A stretch of 64,000 nucleotides of DNA, from NCBI GenBank assembly GCA_037442085.1, contig JBBIQY010000003.1, positions 27,001 to 91,000 of the forward strand, read 5' to 3'. Source of the stretch: Anaerolineae bacterium. Lineage in GTDB: Bacteria; Chloroflexota; Anaerolineae; Anaerolineales; UBA6663. The position numbers were made by a program, and so were the translations under genes. Numbering within the stretch: position 1 is the first letter of the stretch; each line of letters opens with the position of its first letter. Below the pieces are notes generated by a model. It saw only the letters and a list, made by a program, of their open reading frames with translations. It ran no database searches and was not told the origin of the DNA. This document shows positions 9,236 to 18,241 of this stretch, piece after piece.

Positions 9236-9268
9236 GCCCTCGGTTATGCCAAAACCGGGGGCTTTTTT
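9236..9268 (+). terminator. Intrinsic terminator downstream of rsmI
   Basis: 10-bp stem GCCCTCGGTT/AACCGGGGGC (one G-U pair), 7-nt loop, then TTTTTT at 9263-9268. Confidence 0.75.
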
Positions 9269-9412
9269 ATGACACGAATCCTTTTCATCCCTCACTCGTT
9301 TATATCGGCGTGGAGGCTGTGTTTTCTCGGGTCACGGCCCATAATGCACCCGGCATGAATCCTTTTGCGCGCTCGCCCGTTCTCCCTGATGAACGCGCTG
9401 TGACTGGAGGCG

Positions 9413-10061
9413 TTGATGAGTGACGCCCAACTCGTCGCAGCGGCGCAGCGAGGCGAGATGCAGGCGCTGGGCGCGCTGTACGATCAGCACCACGAAGCCC
9501 TGTTCCGTTACCTGTGGGCGCGCGTGGGCGAGCGACAATTGGCCGAGGACCTAACCGGCGATGTGTTCATGCGGATGCTCGACGCGCTGCCGCGGCCGTA
9601 TGCCGAAAATTGTGTAATTCGGCCTGTAGGCGCGGGTCTGAGAGCCGCGCCTACGAAATTACACACAAATCGGCAAACCGCCCCTGCCGCGCTATCAGCC
9701 CTCTGCCGCGCCGTTCCGCGCCTGGTTGTATCGCATCGCCCGCAACCTGCTGATTGACTACTACCGCCGGGCCGAGCATCGCGCCCACGCGCCGCTGCAC
9801 GAGGCCGACGGCCAGGCCGCGCCCGAGCCGGACCCCATCATCCTCGTTGATCAACAACTTTCCGTGCAGCGTCTGCATCAGGCTCTGGCCATGCTCGACG
9901 AGACACAGCGTGAAATCGTAACGTTGCGCTTTATCTCCGGCCTTTCACTTGAAGAGACGGCCAACGCGCTCGGCAAAACCGAGGCCGCCGTCAAAGCCCA
10001 TCAGCATCGCGGCCTGCTTGCGCTGCGCCGCGCCCTCGCGGAAGAACAGGTGCCGCTATGA
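9413..10061 (+). pseudogene. ECF-type sigma-70 factor interrupted by a 97-bp insertion (frame 2 to frame 0)
   Basis: The two track ORFs (9413..9757, 9726..10061) are the N and C halves. Deleting 9595-9691 joins ...DVFMRMLDALPR to YQPSAAPFRAWLYRIARNLLIDYYRR, a normal region 2. Region 4 (LRFISGLSLEETANALGKTEAAVKAHQHRGL) is intact. Confidence 0.8.
9595..9683. mobile_element. 89-bp MITE-like palindromic insertion flanked by 8-bp direct repeat CTGCCGCG
   Basis: CTGCCGCG occurs at 9587-9594 and 9684-9691. The imperfect terminal inverted repeats are TGCCGAAAATTGTGTAATTCGGCCTGTAGGCGCGG and CCGCGCCTACGAAATTACACACAAATCGGCA. It has no coding capacity. Confidence 0.75.
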
Positions 10062-12655
10062 TCGAGAACCGTCTGCAAGACCGTTTAGCCCGGCTCGAAG
10101 CCGGCGCGGCGCTGGAAACCGCGCTGGCCGATCTGCCCCGCGAGGAAGCCGACCTCGTCCGGCTGGCGGCGCAATTGCGCGCCCTGCCACAGCCGGCGCG
10201 CGATTCGAGCACGGTGAATGCACAGCGCGCGCGCCTGCTGCGCGTCGCTCAACAACGGCGGACGACCATCGCTCCAACGCCAACGAAGAGCATGCCACGC
10301 TGGCTCTGGCCGGTGGCCGCCGTTGCCGGCATAACGGTCGTCCTCTTCCTGTGCGCGGCACTTGTGCTGGGCGGCGGTGCATTGTGGTGGAATGCCGGAG
10401 CGCGCGGCGTGACGCAGAACCCGACGCCCGGCGCCCTCCCGATTATCCAGGCAACGCCGATCCCGGTCGTGGTGGCCACACCCGATGCCCAGACGGCGCT
10501 GCTGGAAGATGTCCAGGGACTGGTGGAAGTGCAGTCGGCGGGAGAGGCCTGGAAAGCGGCAGGCACGGGCGCGCCGGTGCAGGCCGGACAGCGTGTGCGC
10601 ACCGGCGCGTTCTCCAGCGCAACGCTTGTGTTTTACGATGGCAGCCGCGCCCGCCTCGGCCCGAACACCGATATTGCCGTGGACGCGCTCGACGCGCCGC
10701 GCTCCGGCCGGCGCCTCATCCGGCTGACACAGACGACCGGTGAGAGCGATCATGATGTCGCGAAATCTACCGCGCCCGATTCACAGTACGAAGTCGCCAC
10801 ACCCTCCGGCGTCGGCGCGGCGAAGGGGACGGCCTTCCATGTCTCGGTGACGGCGGCCCTCATCCGCTTCGCCGTGAGCGAGGGCGTGGTGGCTGTCACC
10901 AACGTCAACGTGACGGTGATCGTCGTCGCCGGCCACGTCAGCGTCATCCCGCTCAACCAGCCGCCGGCGCCGCCCCTGCCGCGCTTCAGCGGCGAAGGCG
11001 AGGTGCAGGAGATTTCGCCGGGCGCCTGGCGTATCGCCGGCCAGTCGCTGGTCGTCACCGCTGAGACATCGCTCTTCGGCGAGCCACAGGTCGGCGACTG
11101 GGTCGCCTTCGAGGGTCGAGTCCTGCCCGACGGTACACACGTTGCCGACCGGATCATGCTACTGCGCCGGGCCATCGGCAACACCCTCACCTTCATCGGC
11201 GTGGTGGAGGCGATGAGCGCAGAAGTCTGGACGATCTCCGGGCGCGCGGTGCACGTGGCCGGCGCAACGATCGAGGCGGGCCTCACCGTCAGCGATACCG
11301 TCACGGTCACCGGCCTCATCAGACCGGACGGCATGCTGCAAGCACTCGCCATCCGCCGCCTGCCTGCGGGGAGCAGCGAGACGTTTACGCTGATCGGCGT
11401 ATTGCAGACGAAGGGCGATCCGGTCTGGACCGTCTCCGGCATCACCTTCACCGTCACACCAAGCACCACCCTCGACGCCGGCCTCGCCGTCGGCGACAGC
11501 GTGCGCGTAACCGGCGTGATCTCGGATGGCCAGCGCCTGGCGACCGCCGTTCAGCGCCTGAGCGCCGGCGTCGGCAGGTTCGAGTTCACCGGCATCGTCA
11601 TCAGCACCGACCCGTGGAACGTCAGCGGCGTCACCTTCACCACCAACGCCGAGACGGAGATTGACGCCGGCATCCGGGTTGGGAACCGCGTCCGCGTGAC
11701 GGGGCGCATCCTGCCGGATGGGACGCGGCTCGCTACCGAGATCGAGCAGCTCGACGACGGGCGCCGGCACGCCATCACGTTCACCGCCCGCGTCGAACGG
11801 ATTGATCCCTGGGTCGTCGGCGGTGTCACGCTCACGGTGGATAGCAAGACCAAGATCGAGGGCGTCATCCGCGTGGGCGATTGGGTCACGGTGAAGGGCA
11901 ACCTGCTGCCCGATGGCACCGTGGTAGCGAAAAAGATCCGGCGCGTCGCGGTGGGCGGCGGTTGCACGTCGGTCACCGTCATCGTCGTCGGCCTCAACGG
12001 CAACACGCTCACGCTGAGCGACGGGCGAACGCTCACGCTGGATGGTTCGATCACGGTAACCGGCCAGCTCAACCCGGCCAGCGTCGTTGTCGTGCAGACC
12101 TGCGCCCGCGACGACGGCGGCCAGGCCGTCGTCGCCATCATCGTTATCTTCCAACTCGAAGGGATACCCACCGCTACGCCTGCCCCGCCCTCCGGCTGTG
12201 CGCCCTTGCTGGTGATCGTCAACGGCCAGGTCAACCTGCCGGGCGGCAGCCTTGTCTCGGTCGGCGGCCACGACTTGCGGCTGGAACTGAAAGACAAGAA
12301 GAAGGACGAGTCCGAGATCAAGATCACCGGGCGAACCGACAAATGGGAAGTGAGGGTCAAAGTCAAGGACGACAAGATCGAGATCAAATCCAAAGGCTCC
12401 ATCGCCGTGAGCGGGGCCGGCAAGTACAACGCCGGCAGCGCGCTGACCGTGCAGGCGTGTGTCGGGCCGAACGGCCTGGTGATTGTGGTCAACGGCATCG
12501 CTCCCACAGGGGCGCCGACCACCGGGGCCGGCGGCCAGGTGACGCTCTGCCACATCCCGCCAGGCAACCCGGGCAAGGCCAAGACCATCACGGTGGAAGC
12601 GGCAGCGGCGGCGGCCCATCTGGCCCATGGCGATACGCTCGGACCGTGCCCGTAG
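10058..12655 (+). CDS. Anti-sigma-factor-like membrane protein: N-terminal cytoplasmic helix, TM, FecR-like domain, 5 DUF5666-like repeats, Cys/His C-terminal module
   Basis: ATGA overlap with the sigma gene stop. TM segment WLWPVAAVAGITVVLFLCAALVLGGG. FecR-like VQAGQRVRTGAFSSATLVFYDGSRARLGPNT. Five repeats of the form W.(I/V)SG....V......(D/E)AG..VGD.V.V.G...PDG...A..I. C-terminal LCHIPPGNPGKAKTITVEAAAAAAHLAHGDTLGPC. Confidence 0.75.
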   Translation: MIENRLQDRLARLEAGAALETALADLPREEADLVRLAAQLRALPQPARDSSTVNAQRARLLRVAQQRRTTIAPTPTKSMPRWLWPVAAVAGITVVLFLCAALVLGGGALWWNAGARGVTQNPTPGALPIIQATPIPVVVATPDAQTALLEDVQGLVEVQSAGEAWKAAGTGAPVQAGQRVRTGAFSSATLVFYDGSRARLGPNTDIAVDALDAPRSGRRLIRLTQTTGESDHDVAKSTAPDSQYEVATPSGVGAAKGTAFHVSVTAALIRFAVSEGVVAVTNVNVTVIVVAGHVSVIPLNQPPAPPLPRFSGEGEVQEISPGAWRIAGQSLVVTAETSLFGEPQVGDWVAFEGRVLPDGTHVADRIMLLRRAIGNTLTFIGVVEAMSAEVWTISGRAVHVAGATIEAGLTVSDTVTVTGLIRPDGMLQALAIRRLPAGSSETFTLIGVLQTKGDPVWTVSGITFTVTPSTTLDAGLAVGDSVRVTGVISDGQRLATAVQRLSAGVGRFEFTGIVISTDPWNVSGVTFTTNAETEIDAGIRVGNRVRVTGRILPDGTRLATEIEQLDDGRRHAITFTARVERIDPWVVGGVTLTVDSKTKIEGVIRVGDWVTVKGNLLPDGTVVAKKIRRVAVGGGCTSVTVIVVGLNGNTLTLSDGRTLTLDGSITVTGQLNPASVVVVQTCARDDGGQAVVAIIVIFQLEGIPTATPAPPSGCAPLLVIVNGQVNLPGGSLVSVGGHDLRLELKDKKKDESEIKITGRTDKWEVRVKVKDDKIEIKSKGSIAVSGAGKYNAGSALTVQACVGPNGLVIVVNGIAPTGAPTTGAGGQVTLCHIPPGNPGKAKTITVEAAAAAAHLAHGDTLGPCP

Positions 12656-12796
12656 CCTTCGCCCAATGTTGAAACATCGAGCTGACACTGGGACGCCCGC
12701 CGAAGCGGCCCGGGGCCAGATGGCTGAGTCCGTCGCCCTCGAATTTCCGCTCCGGATCCGGCCCGGGCTCAAATTCAGAAATCCTCGCTGTCTGCG

Positions 12797-12911
12797 GGGT
12801 GCAATCCAGATTTTTGGCCGCCCTTCGACTGCGCGCCGCTCAACGAGCGGCGCTCTCCTGAGCGAAGCCGAAGGATCAGGGCGCAGCCTGCCAAACAATA
12901 GAAATGCACCC
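12797..12911. repeat. Palindromic intergenic repeat, family 1, copy A (115 bp)
   Basis: GGGTGCAATCCAGATTTTTGGCCGCCC ... GCGCCGCTCAACGAGCGGCGC ... GGGCGCAGCCTGCCAAACAATAGAAATGCACCC. About 93 percent identical to copy B. Termini are GGGTGCA/TGCACCC. Confidence 0.9.
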
Positions 12912-12972
12912 CTGTCCGCCGGGAGGGTAGCGGCGTGGCGGCTTTAGCGCTATCATCCCAACGGTCAATTTC

Positions 12973-13710
12973 ATGCCGCCGCGCCGCGCACTCTATTGTC
13001 TATTTGCAATCGTTCTCAGCGCCTGTTCGCCCCTGGCAGGCCCCTCACCCACAGCCAGCCGCTCGCCCGCTGCCCCTTTGTGCACCATGTCCACCGCCCG
13101 CCCGCTCCGCTTCCTGGCCCTCGGCGACTCGTACACCATCGGTGAGGCAGTGGACGCGGCGGAACGCTGGCCGGTACAGCTGACCGGCTTGCTGCGTGAG
13201 CGCGGCCTTGAGATCGAAGACCCGCTCATCGTCGCCCGCACCGGCTGGACGACGGACGAGTTATCTGCCGGCCTCGACGCGGCAAACCCACACGGTCCCT
13301 TCGATCTGGTCTCGCTCCTGATCGGCGTCAACAACCAATATCGCGGGCGCGACCTGGAGGAATACCGGCGCGAGTTTGCGGGCCTGCTTGATCGCGCGCT
13401 GGCGTTCGCCGGCGATCAGCCGGGCCGCGTGCTCGTGCTCTCGATCCCGGATTGGGGCGTCACCGGTTTTGCGGAGGGGCAGGACCGCAGCCGGATTGCG
13501 CGGGAGATTGACGCCTTCAACGCCGTGAACGCCGAAGAAACGCGCCGGCGCGGCGCGCGCTACGTGGATGTGACGCCGATCTCGCGTCGCGCCGCCACGG
13601 AGAGCGGCTGGGTGGCCGGCGACAACCTGCATCCCTCCGGCCGGATGTATGCCGCGTGGGCGCGGCTGGCCCTGCCGGAGGCCTGTGCCGCGCTCACCGG
13701 CCAGCGCTGA
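12973..13710 (+). CDS. SGNH/GDSL hydrolase lipoprotein
   Basis: Lipobox LSAC. Block I LGDSYTIGE, block III GVNNQYRG, block V DNLHPS. Confidence 0.85.
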   Translation: MPPRRALYCLFAIVLSACSPLAGPSPTASRSPAAPLCTMSTARPLRFLALGDSYTIGEAVDAAERWPVQLTGLLRERGLEIEDPLIVARTGWTTDELSAGLDAANPHGPFDLVSLLIGVNNQYRGRDLEEYRREFAGLLDRALAFAGDQPGRVLVLSIPDWGVTGFAEGQDRSRIAREIDAFNAVNAEETRRRGARYVDVTPISRRAATESGWVAGDNLHPSGRMYAAWARLALPEACAALTGQR

Positions 13711-13746
13711 CTGCACGCCTCATCCATTTACGCTAAAATTGGGCTG

Positions 13747-14712
13747 ATGTTCGCCAAAGCGCTACAGCGGGTGCAAGAGACGCTCAACCAACGGGCCGAC
13801 GAGATTCAGCACGATTTCATCACCGTCAGCGAGCAGCTGAAGACATACCCGCGCCGCATTCAGGAAGCAGACGCCGAGGGGCGTGCGACCCTGCAGGCCG
13901 AGCAGGCGGCGCTGCTGGAACGTCAGAAGCAATTAGCCGAAGAGATCAACCTGTGGCGCGACCGAGCGCGCGCCGTGCTGCGCCAGCCGGACAACGACAA
14001 GCTGCGTGCTTTTCTCAGCGAACTGCAGATGGCGGAGATCGAGCCGGTGCGCGCTGCTGCCGGGCGTGCGCTGTTCGTCATGGATGCGCCTACCGCCGAG
14101 CTGGAGAAACTGGCGGAGGAACTGGCGTCACCGGTGGCCAAATCCAACACACCCGCCGGCCGTCTGATCGAGCGCGCCTGCACCGAGTACGATCTGCGCG
14201 TCGTCGACTCCAAAGCGCGACGAGCGGCGGCGGTCGAGTTCGCCAACCGGCCCGGTATGTTGGCCGACGACGCGGCGCTGGCCGAGCTGGAAGCCGCCCT
14301 TCAACACCCCGACCCGCTCGCCCGCGAGACCATCACCCAGACCGTCATCCAGTTGCATCGCCTGCGCGCCATGCGCCTGGCCGACCTGGACGTCGGGCAC
14401 AACTCGGTGCGCCGTCTGCGCGAGATCAAGGATCCGGCGGTCGTGCCCGTCTTCATCGAGGTGCTCAAGAACCCACGCACCGGCTTCGTGAACGGGGAGA
14501 ATGGCCCGGTGGAGGCGGACAACGCCCGCACCCGCCGCGTGGCGCTGGGCGGGCTGGTGGAGTGGCACACGCCCGAGGCGCAACAGGCGCTGCGCCAGTG
14601 TCAGTTCGATCGCGATCCGCAGATTGTAAAACTGGCCGCCGTGGCGCTGGAGATGTATCCCGGCGAGTGGCGCGGCCCAACGCCTGAGACGCATAAAGCG
14701 CCGCCCAGCTAG
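13747..14712 (+). CDS. Hypothetical protein (coiled-coil N-terminus, HEAT-like C-terminal repeats)
   Basis: 321 aa. The heptad-rich Q/E/A/L N-terminal third suggests a coiled coil. VPVFIEVLKNPR...RRVALGGLVEW...DPQIVKLAAVALE resembles HEAT/PBS-lyase repeats. TAAAAT lies 7 nt upstream of the ATG. Confidence 0.6.
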   Translation: MFAKALQRVQETLNQRADEIQHDFITVSEQLKTYPRRIQEADAEGRATLQAEQAALLERQKQLAEEINLWRDRARAVLRQPDNDKLRAFLSELQMAEIEPVRAAAGRALFVMDAPTAELEKLAEELASPVAKSNTPAGRLIERACTEYDLRVVDSKARRAAAVEFANRPGMLADDAALAELEAALQHPDPLARETITQTVIQLHRLRAMRLADLDVGHNSVRRLREIKDPAVVPVFIEVLKNPRTGFVNGENGPVEADNARTRRVALGGLVEWHTPEAQQALRQCQFDRDPQIVKLAAVALEMYPGEWRGPTPETHKAPPS

Positions 14713-14790
14713 GCGATCGCCTCCAATCGGAGATTCACAAAAACGCTTTCCGAACCGCCGTGCCCCTGTCGCGCAACGCGCTGCGGTTGG

Positions 14791-15768
14791 CTAGGTGGTG
14801 ATCAACAGCAGCATGTCCTCGATGAGGCGGTCGAATTCCCCGACCGTGCTCGCCGTCAGCAGCGGCACGCGCAGCTCGGCCTCATTGGGCAGGCCGTGCA
14901 GGTACCTGGCGGCGTGCTTGCGGAAGAGCACCAGTCCGAGCTTCGGCCCATAAAACTCCAGGTTGAGCGCCAGGTGGCGGCGCATCAACGCGATCTTTTC
15001 CTCGAGCGTCACCTGCTCTCGATCCTTGCCCGCAAAAATCCACGGGTTGCCGATGGCGGCCCGCCCGATCATCACGCCGTCGCAGCCGGTGTGGGCGCGC
15101 ATCCGGGCGATATCGGCCACACGCTTCACATCCCCATTGCCGATCACCGGGATGCGCACGGCCTGCTTCACTTCGGCAATCGCATCCCAATCCGCGTTGC
15201 CGCCGTAGCCCTGCGCCCGCGTGCGGCCATGCACGGCGACCAGGCTTGCGCCGTTGTCCTCCAGCCGCTTCGCGTTCGCCACATGGTTACGGCTGGCCTC
15301 GTCCCAGCCCAAACGGATTTTGCCGGTCACCGGCAGCCGGAGCGCCCGTGAGAGGCGCGCGAAGAGCGTTTCCAGCTTATCCGGGCAGCGCAACATGCCG
15401 GCGCCGGCTCCGCGCTCGGAAATGCTTTTCACGTAGCAACCCAGGTTGATATCAATGATGTCCGGCGCGGGCTGCCTCTCTTGCAGGCGCAGCGCCACGC
15501 GCACGATCTGGTCCACATCATGGCCGTAGATCTGAAAGGTCATAGGCCGCTCGACCCGCGGGTCGAACTCCAGCTTACGCCAGCATTTGGCGTCGCGGCG
15601 CTTCGTGGCAGCCAGTTCCTCCACGTTGACGAACTCGGTATACGACATGGCGCTGCCCAGCTCACGGCAGATCAGCCGGAACGGCAGGTCCGAAAATCCA
15701 TCCATCGGCGAGAGGCTGGCCGTGCCGTAGATGGGCAGGTCACGCACGAAGAAAGCGGGTAAGCTCAT
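14791..15768 (-). CDS. tRNA-dihydrouridine synthase
   Basis: LSPMDGFSDLPFRLICRELGSAMSYTEFV and the conserved TIM-barrel blocks (DINLGC, HGRTRAQ). Start set at MSLPAFF (ATG 15768). Confidence 0.85.
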   Translation of the reverse strand: MSLPAFFVRDLPIYGTASLSPMDGFSDLPFRLICRELGSAMSYTEFVNVEELAATKRRDAKCWRKLEFDPRVERPMTFQIYGHDVDQIVRVALRLQERQPAPDIIDINLGCYVKSISERGAGAGMLRCPDKLETLFARLSRALRLPVTGKIRLGWDEASRNHVANAKRLEDNGASLVAVHGRTRAQGYGGNADWDAIAEVKQAVRIPVIGNGDVKRVADIARMRAHTGCDGVMIGRAAIGNPWIFAGKDREQVTLEEKIALMRRHLALNLEFYGPKLGLVLFRKHAARYLHGLPNEAELRVPLLTASTVGEFDRLIEDMLLLITT

Positions 15769-15789
15769 GCCGGAAATGCTATCACACGA

Positions 15790-15822
15790 CGACAACAGAA
15801 AGCCCCGGCTCAACACCGGGGC
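15790..15822 (-). terminator. Intrinsic terminator downstream of the HU gene
   Basis: On the minus strand: GCCCCGG-tgttgag-CCGGGGC followed by TTTCTGTTGT. Confidence 0.65.
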
Positions 15823-15853
15823 GCTGGCGCAGGCGAAGGGCGGACAGGCTTCG

Positions 15854-16162
15854 TCAGACCGCGTCTTTGAGCGCTTTGACGGGACGGGCCTTGACGACCT
15901 TGCGGGCGGGCTTGGCCTTGAAGACGGCCGGCTCTTTGGTGGAGGGGTGGATGCCGGTGCGCTCCGGCACGGCGGGCTTGTTGACGACCACCAGCTTGAG
16001 CAAGCCGGGGATGGTCACTTCGCCGCCGCCGCGCTTGCTCAGTTGATGCATCACGACTTCGTTCATCGCCGCGAGCGCCGCGCCCGCTTCCTTCTTCGAG
16101 ATGCCGGACTTTTCCGCCACAGCGGCCACGAACTGGGATTTGCTAAGTCTGTTTTTTGCCAT
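15854..16162 (-). CDS. hup: HU-family DNA-binding protein with Lys-rich C-terminal tail
   Basis: SKSQFVAAVAEKSGISKKEAGAALAAMNEVV...IPGLLKLVVVNKPAVPERTGIHPSTKE is the canonical HU/IHF fold. SD GAGGGAGAG. Confidence 0.9.
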   Translation of the reverse strand: MAKNRLSKSQFVAAVAEKSGISKKEAGAALAAMNEVVMHQLSKRGGGEVTIPGLLKLVVVNKPAVPERTGIHPSTKEPAVFKAKPARKVVKARPVKALKDAV

Positions 16163-16218
16163 CGGTTCTCTCCCTCGGTTGGAATGATTGGATGGCCCGC
16201 TACTCTAGCGCAAAACCC

Positions 16219-18231
16219 CTAAAATGCAAGCAAATCCGCCATTTTCTGGCGGATGGCGGGCGCGTCCGGAACGAGCGCGCGCATGAGCCCGACGTTGTAG
16301 GGGATGGGGCAATCGGGCACCGCCAGGCGCTGCACCGGCGCATCCAAAAACTGAAAGGCTGCGTCAGCCAGGAGGGCGGCGATCTCGGCGCCGAAGCCGG
16401 CGGTCAGGTTATCCTCGTGGACGATGAGGCACTTGCCCGTGCGGCGCACCGAGGCCAGCACCGTTTCGCCATCCCAGGGACGGATAGTGCGCAGGTCAAT
16501 GATCTCGACGCGGCCCGCGAACGGTTGCGCGGCCTCCAGGCAGCGGTACACCATCTCGCCCCAGGTCACCACCGTCAGCTCGTCACCGCTTTGCACGGTC
16601 GCTGCGATGCCGAAGGGCAGCACATAGTCGTCGCCGGGATACGGGCGGCGCGCCGGCGCCGTATCCAGCAGCGAGCGATGTTCGAAGAAGAAGGTCGGGT
16701 CGTCGCCGCGCAGGGCGGCGCGCAGCAGCCCTGCCGCATCGGCGGCGTTGGAAGGGAAGGCAATGCGCCAGCCGATGAGGTGCGCGAAGATAGCCTCGCC
16801 GTTGACGGTGTGGAACGGGTCGTTACTGCGCTTGCCCAGGCCGACCGGGCAGCGCACTACCACCGGCGCGCTGAACTTTCCCGCCGTGCGCCAGCGCACC
16901 CAGCCGATGGTGTTGACCGACTCCATCGCCGGGTCCACGTACTTGCGAAACTGGATCTCCGGCGCGGGCCGCAGGCCGGCCAGGGCCAGGCCGTAAGCGC
17001 GGCCGATGATCCCCTCTTCGGAGAGCGAGGTATCGAAGACGCGCTGCCGCCCGAACTTGCGCTGCAGGTCGAGCGTGGCGCCGTGTACGCCGCCCTTCGA
17101 CCCCACATCCTCGCCGAAGACGAGCAGGCGCGGTTCGCGCGCCAGCTCGGTCTCCAGCACGCGGCGCACGGCGTCAATCAAATTGATGCGCGGGCCGGCG
17201 GTCTCGGGCGCGGGGAGTGGGCTCTGAGCCGCGGCCTGCGACTCTGCCGGCGCAAAGACGAAGTGTGCGGCGGTCTCCGGCGCCGGGTCGGGCCGGGCCT
17301 CGGCCTCGGCCAGCGCTACCCGCACCTCCGCCTCCACTTCCGCCTCCAATGCCTCCCAGTCCAGGTGCATTAACTCGCTGAGGTAGCGACGCAGGTGGCG
17401 CAGCGGGTCGCGCGACTCTTCTTCAGCGCGCTGCTCGGACGATTTGTACGCCTGCGTATCGGTGATGGAGTGGCCGGCCAGACGCGGCACAGTGAGGCGC
17501 AGCAGACACGGACCATGGCCGGCGCGCACGTAACTCACCGCCTCCTGGATGGCGCCTAGCGTCTCAGTGGGTAGGACGCCGCTGGCCTGCAGAATGTGGA
17601 TGTTCCGAAAGGCGGAAAGGTTGTCCGCGATGTTGGCGCCAGGTGTCTGATATGCGGCGGGGACGGAGATAGCGTAGCCGTTGTCTTCGATGACGAACAG
17701 GTGCGGCAGTTGGAGCGTGGCGCTGATGTTGAGCGCGGCCCAGAAGCCGTTGGCGGCGGTGGAGCCATCGCCGCCGTGGGAGAGCGCCAGCGCGCCGCGC
17801 CACTCCACCGCGCCGAGCACGTCGTGATGATAGACAATGGCCTGCGCCCAGCCGGCGGCGGGCGAATACTGCGCGCCCACGTCGCCGGGCGTGGGCAGAA
17901 GGGTGGGGCCGCCCCGGCTGCGCATCGAGTGCAGCACGCCGGCGTCGCGTCCCTCTGAAGCACTGCCGGATTTCGCCAGGCTGCCGGCAAACGCCTCAGC
18001 GGGGGTCAGGCCGACGGTGAGCGCCAACGCCCGTGAGCGGTAGTAGCCGAAGATGCCGTCGTGGGGGTGGGTGAGCGCCAGGCCGAGCAGCACCTGCGAC
18101 AGCTCGTGCCCGCGTGCCGAGAACTGGTAGGCAACCTTGCCCGCCGGAGCCAGCTCCTTCTCCTCGATCAAGTCCATCCAGCGCGAGGTGAGCGCCAGCC
18201 GGGCGACGCGGAGCCAGTCTATGTTTGGCAT
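16219..18231 (-). CDS. 2-oxoacid dehydrogenase E1 component, fused alpha+beta subunits (TPP-dependent)
   Basis: 670 aa. The N-terminal half has the E1-alpha TPP-binding region (SHGGDGSTAANGFWAALN). The C-terminal half has the E1-beta/transketolase pyrimidine-binding block (RVFDTSLSEEGIIGRAYGLALAGLRP). Confidence 0.85.
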   Translation of the reverse strand: MPNIDWLRVARLALTSRWMDLIEEKELAPAGKVAYQFSARGHELSQVLLGLALTHPHDGIFGYYRSRALALTVGLTPAEAFAGSLAKSGSASEGRDAGVLHSMRSRGGPTLLPTPGDVGAQYSPAAGWAQAIVYHHDVLGAVEWRGALALSHGGDGSTAANGFWAALNISATLQLPHLFVIEDNGYAISVPAAYQTPGANIADNLSAFRNIHILQASGVLPTETLGAIQEAVSYVRAGHGPCLLRLTVPRLAGHSITDTQAYKSSEQRAEEESRDPLRHLRRYLSELMHLDWEALEAEVEAEVRVALAEAEARPDPAPETAAHFVFAPAESQAAAQSPLPAPETAGPRINLIDAVRRVLETELAREPRLLVFGEDVGSKGGVHGATLDLQRKFGRQRVFDTSLSEEGIIGRAYGLALAGLRPAPEIQFRKYVDPAMESVNTIGWVRWRTAGKFSAPVVVRCPVGLGKRSNDPFHTVNGEAIFAHLIGWRIAFPSNAADAAGLLRAALRGDDPTFFFEHRSLLDTAPARRPYPGDDYVLPFGIAATVQSGDELTVVTWGEMVYRCLEAAQPFAGRVEIIDLRTIRPWDGETVLASVRRTGKCLIVHEDNLTAGFGAEIAALLADAAFQFLDAPVQRLAVPDCPIPYNVGLMRALVPDAPAIRQKMADLLAF

Positions 18232-18241
18232 GTGAAGTTAC

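Noticed and set aside
9413-10061. Programmed ribosomal frameshift, intein or intron in the sigma factor gene
   Set aside because: The extra 97 bp is a non-coding palindrome bounded by an 8-bp direct repeat, which is the signature of a transposed MITE. There is no slippery heptamer, and it is far too short for an intein or group I/II intron.
12627-12947. ORFs spanning the family-1 repeats (12627..12947 +, 53977..54273 -, parts of 46860..47468 + and 47329..48492 +) that share ...FDCAPLNERRS... or ...LAGCAL.LR... peptides
   Set aside because: The shared peptide is simply the translated palindromic repeat. There are no SDs and no coding-like composition, and it occurs in both orientations.
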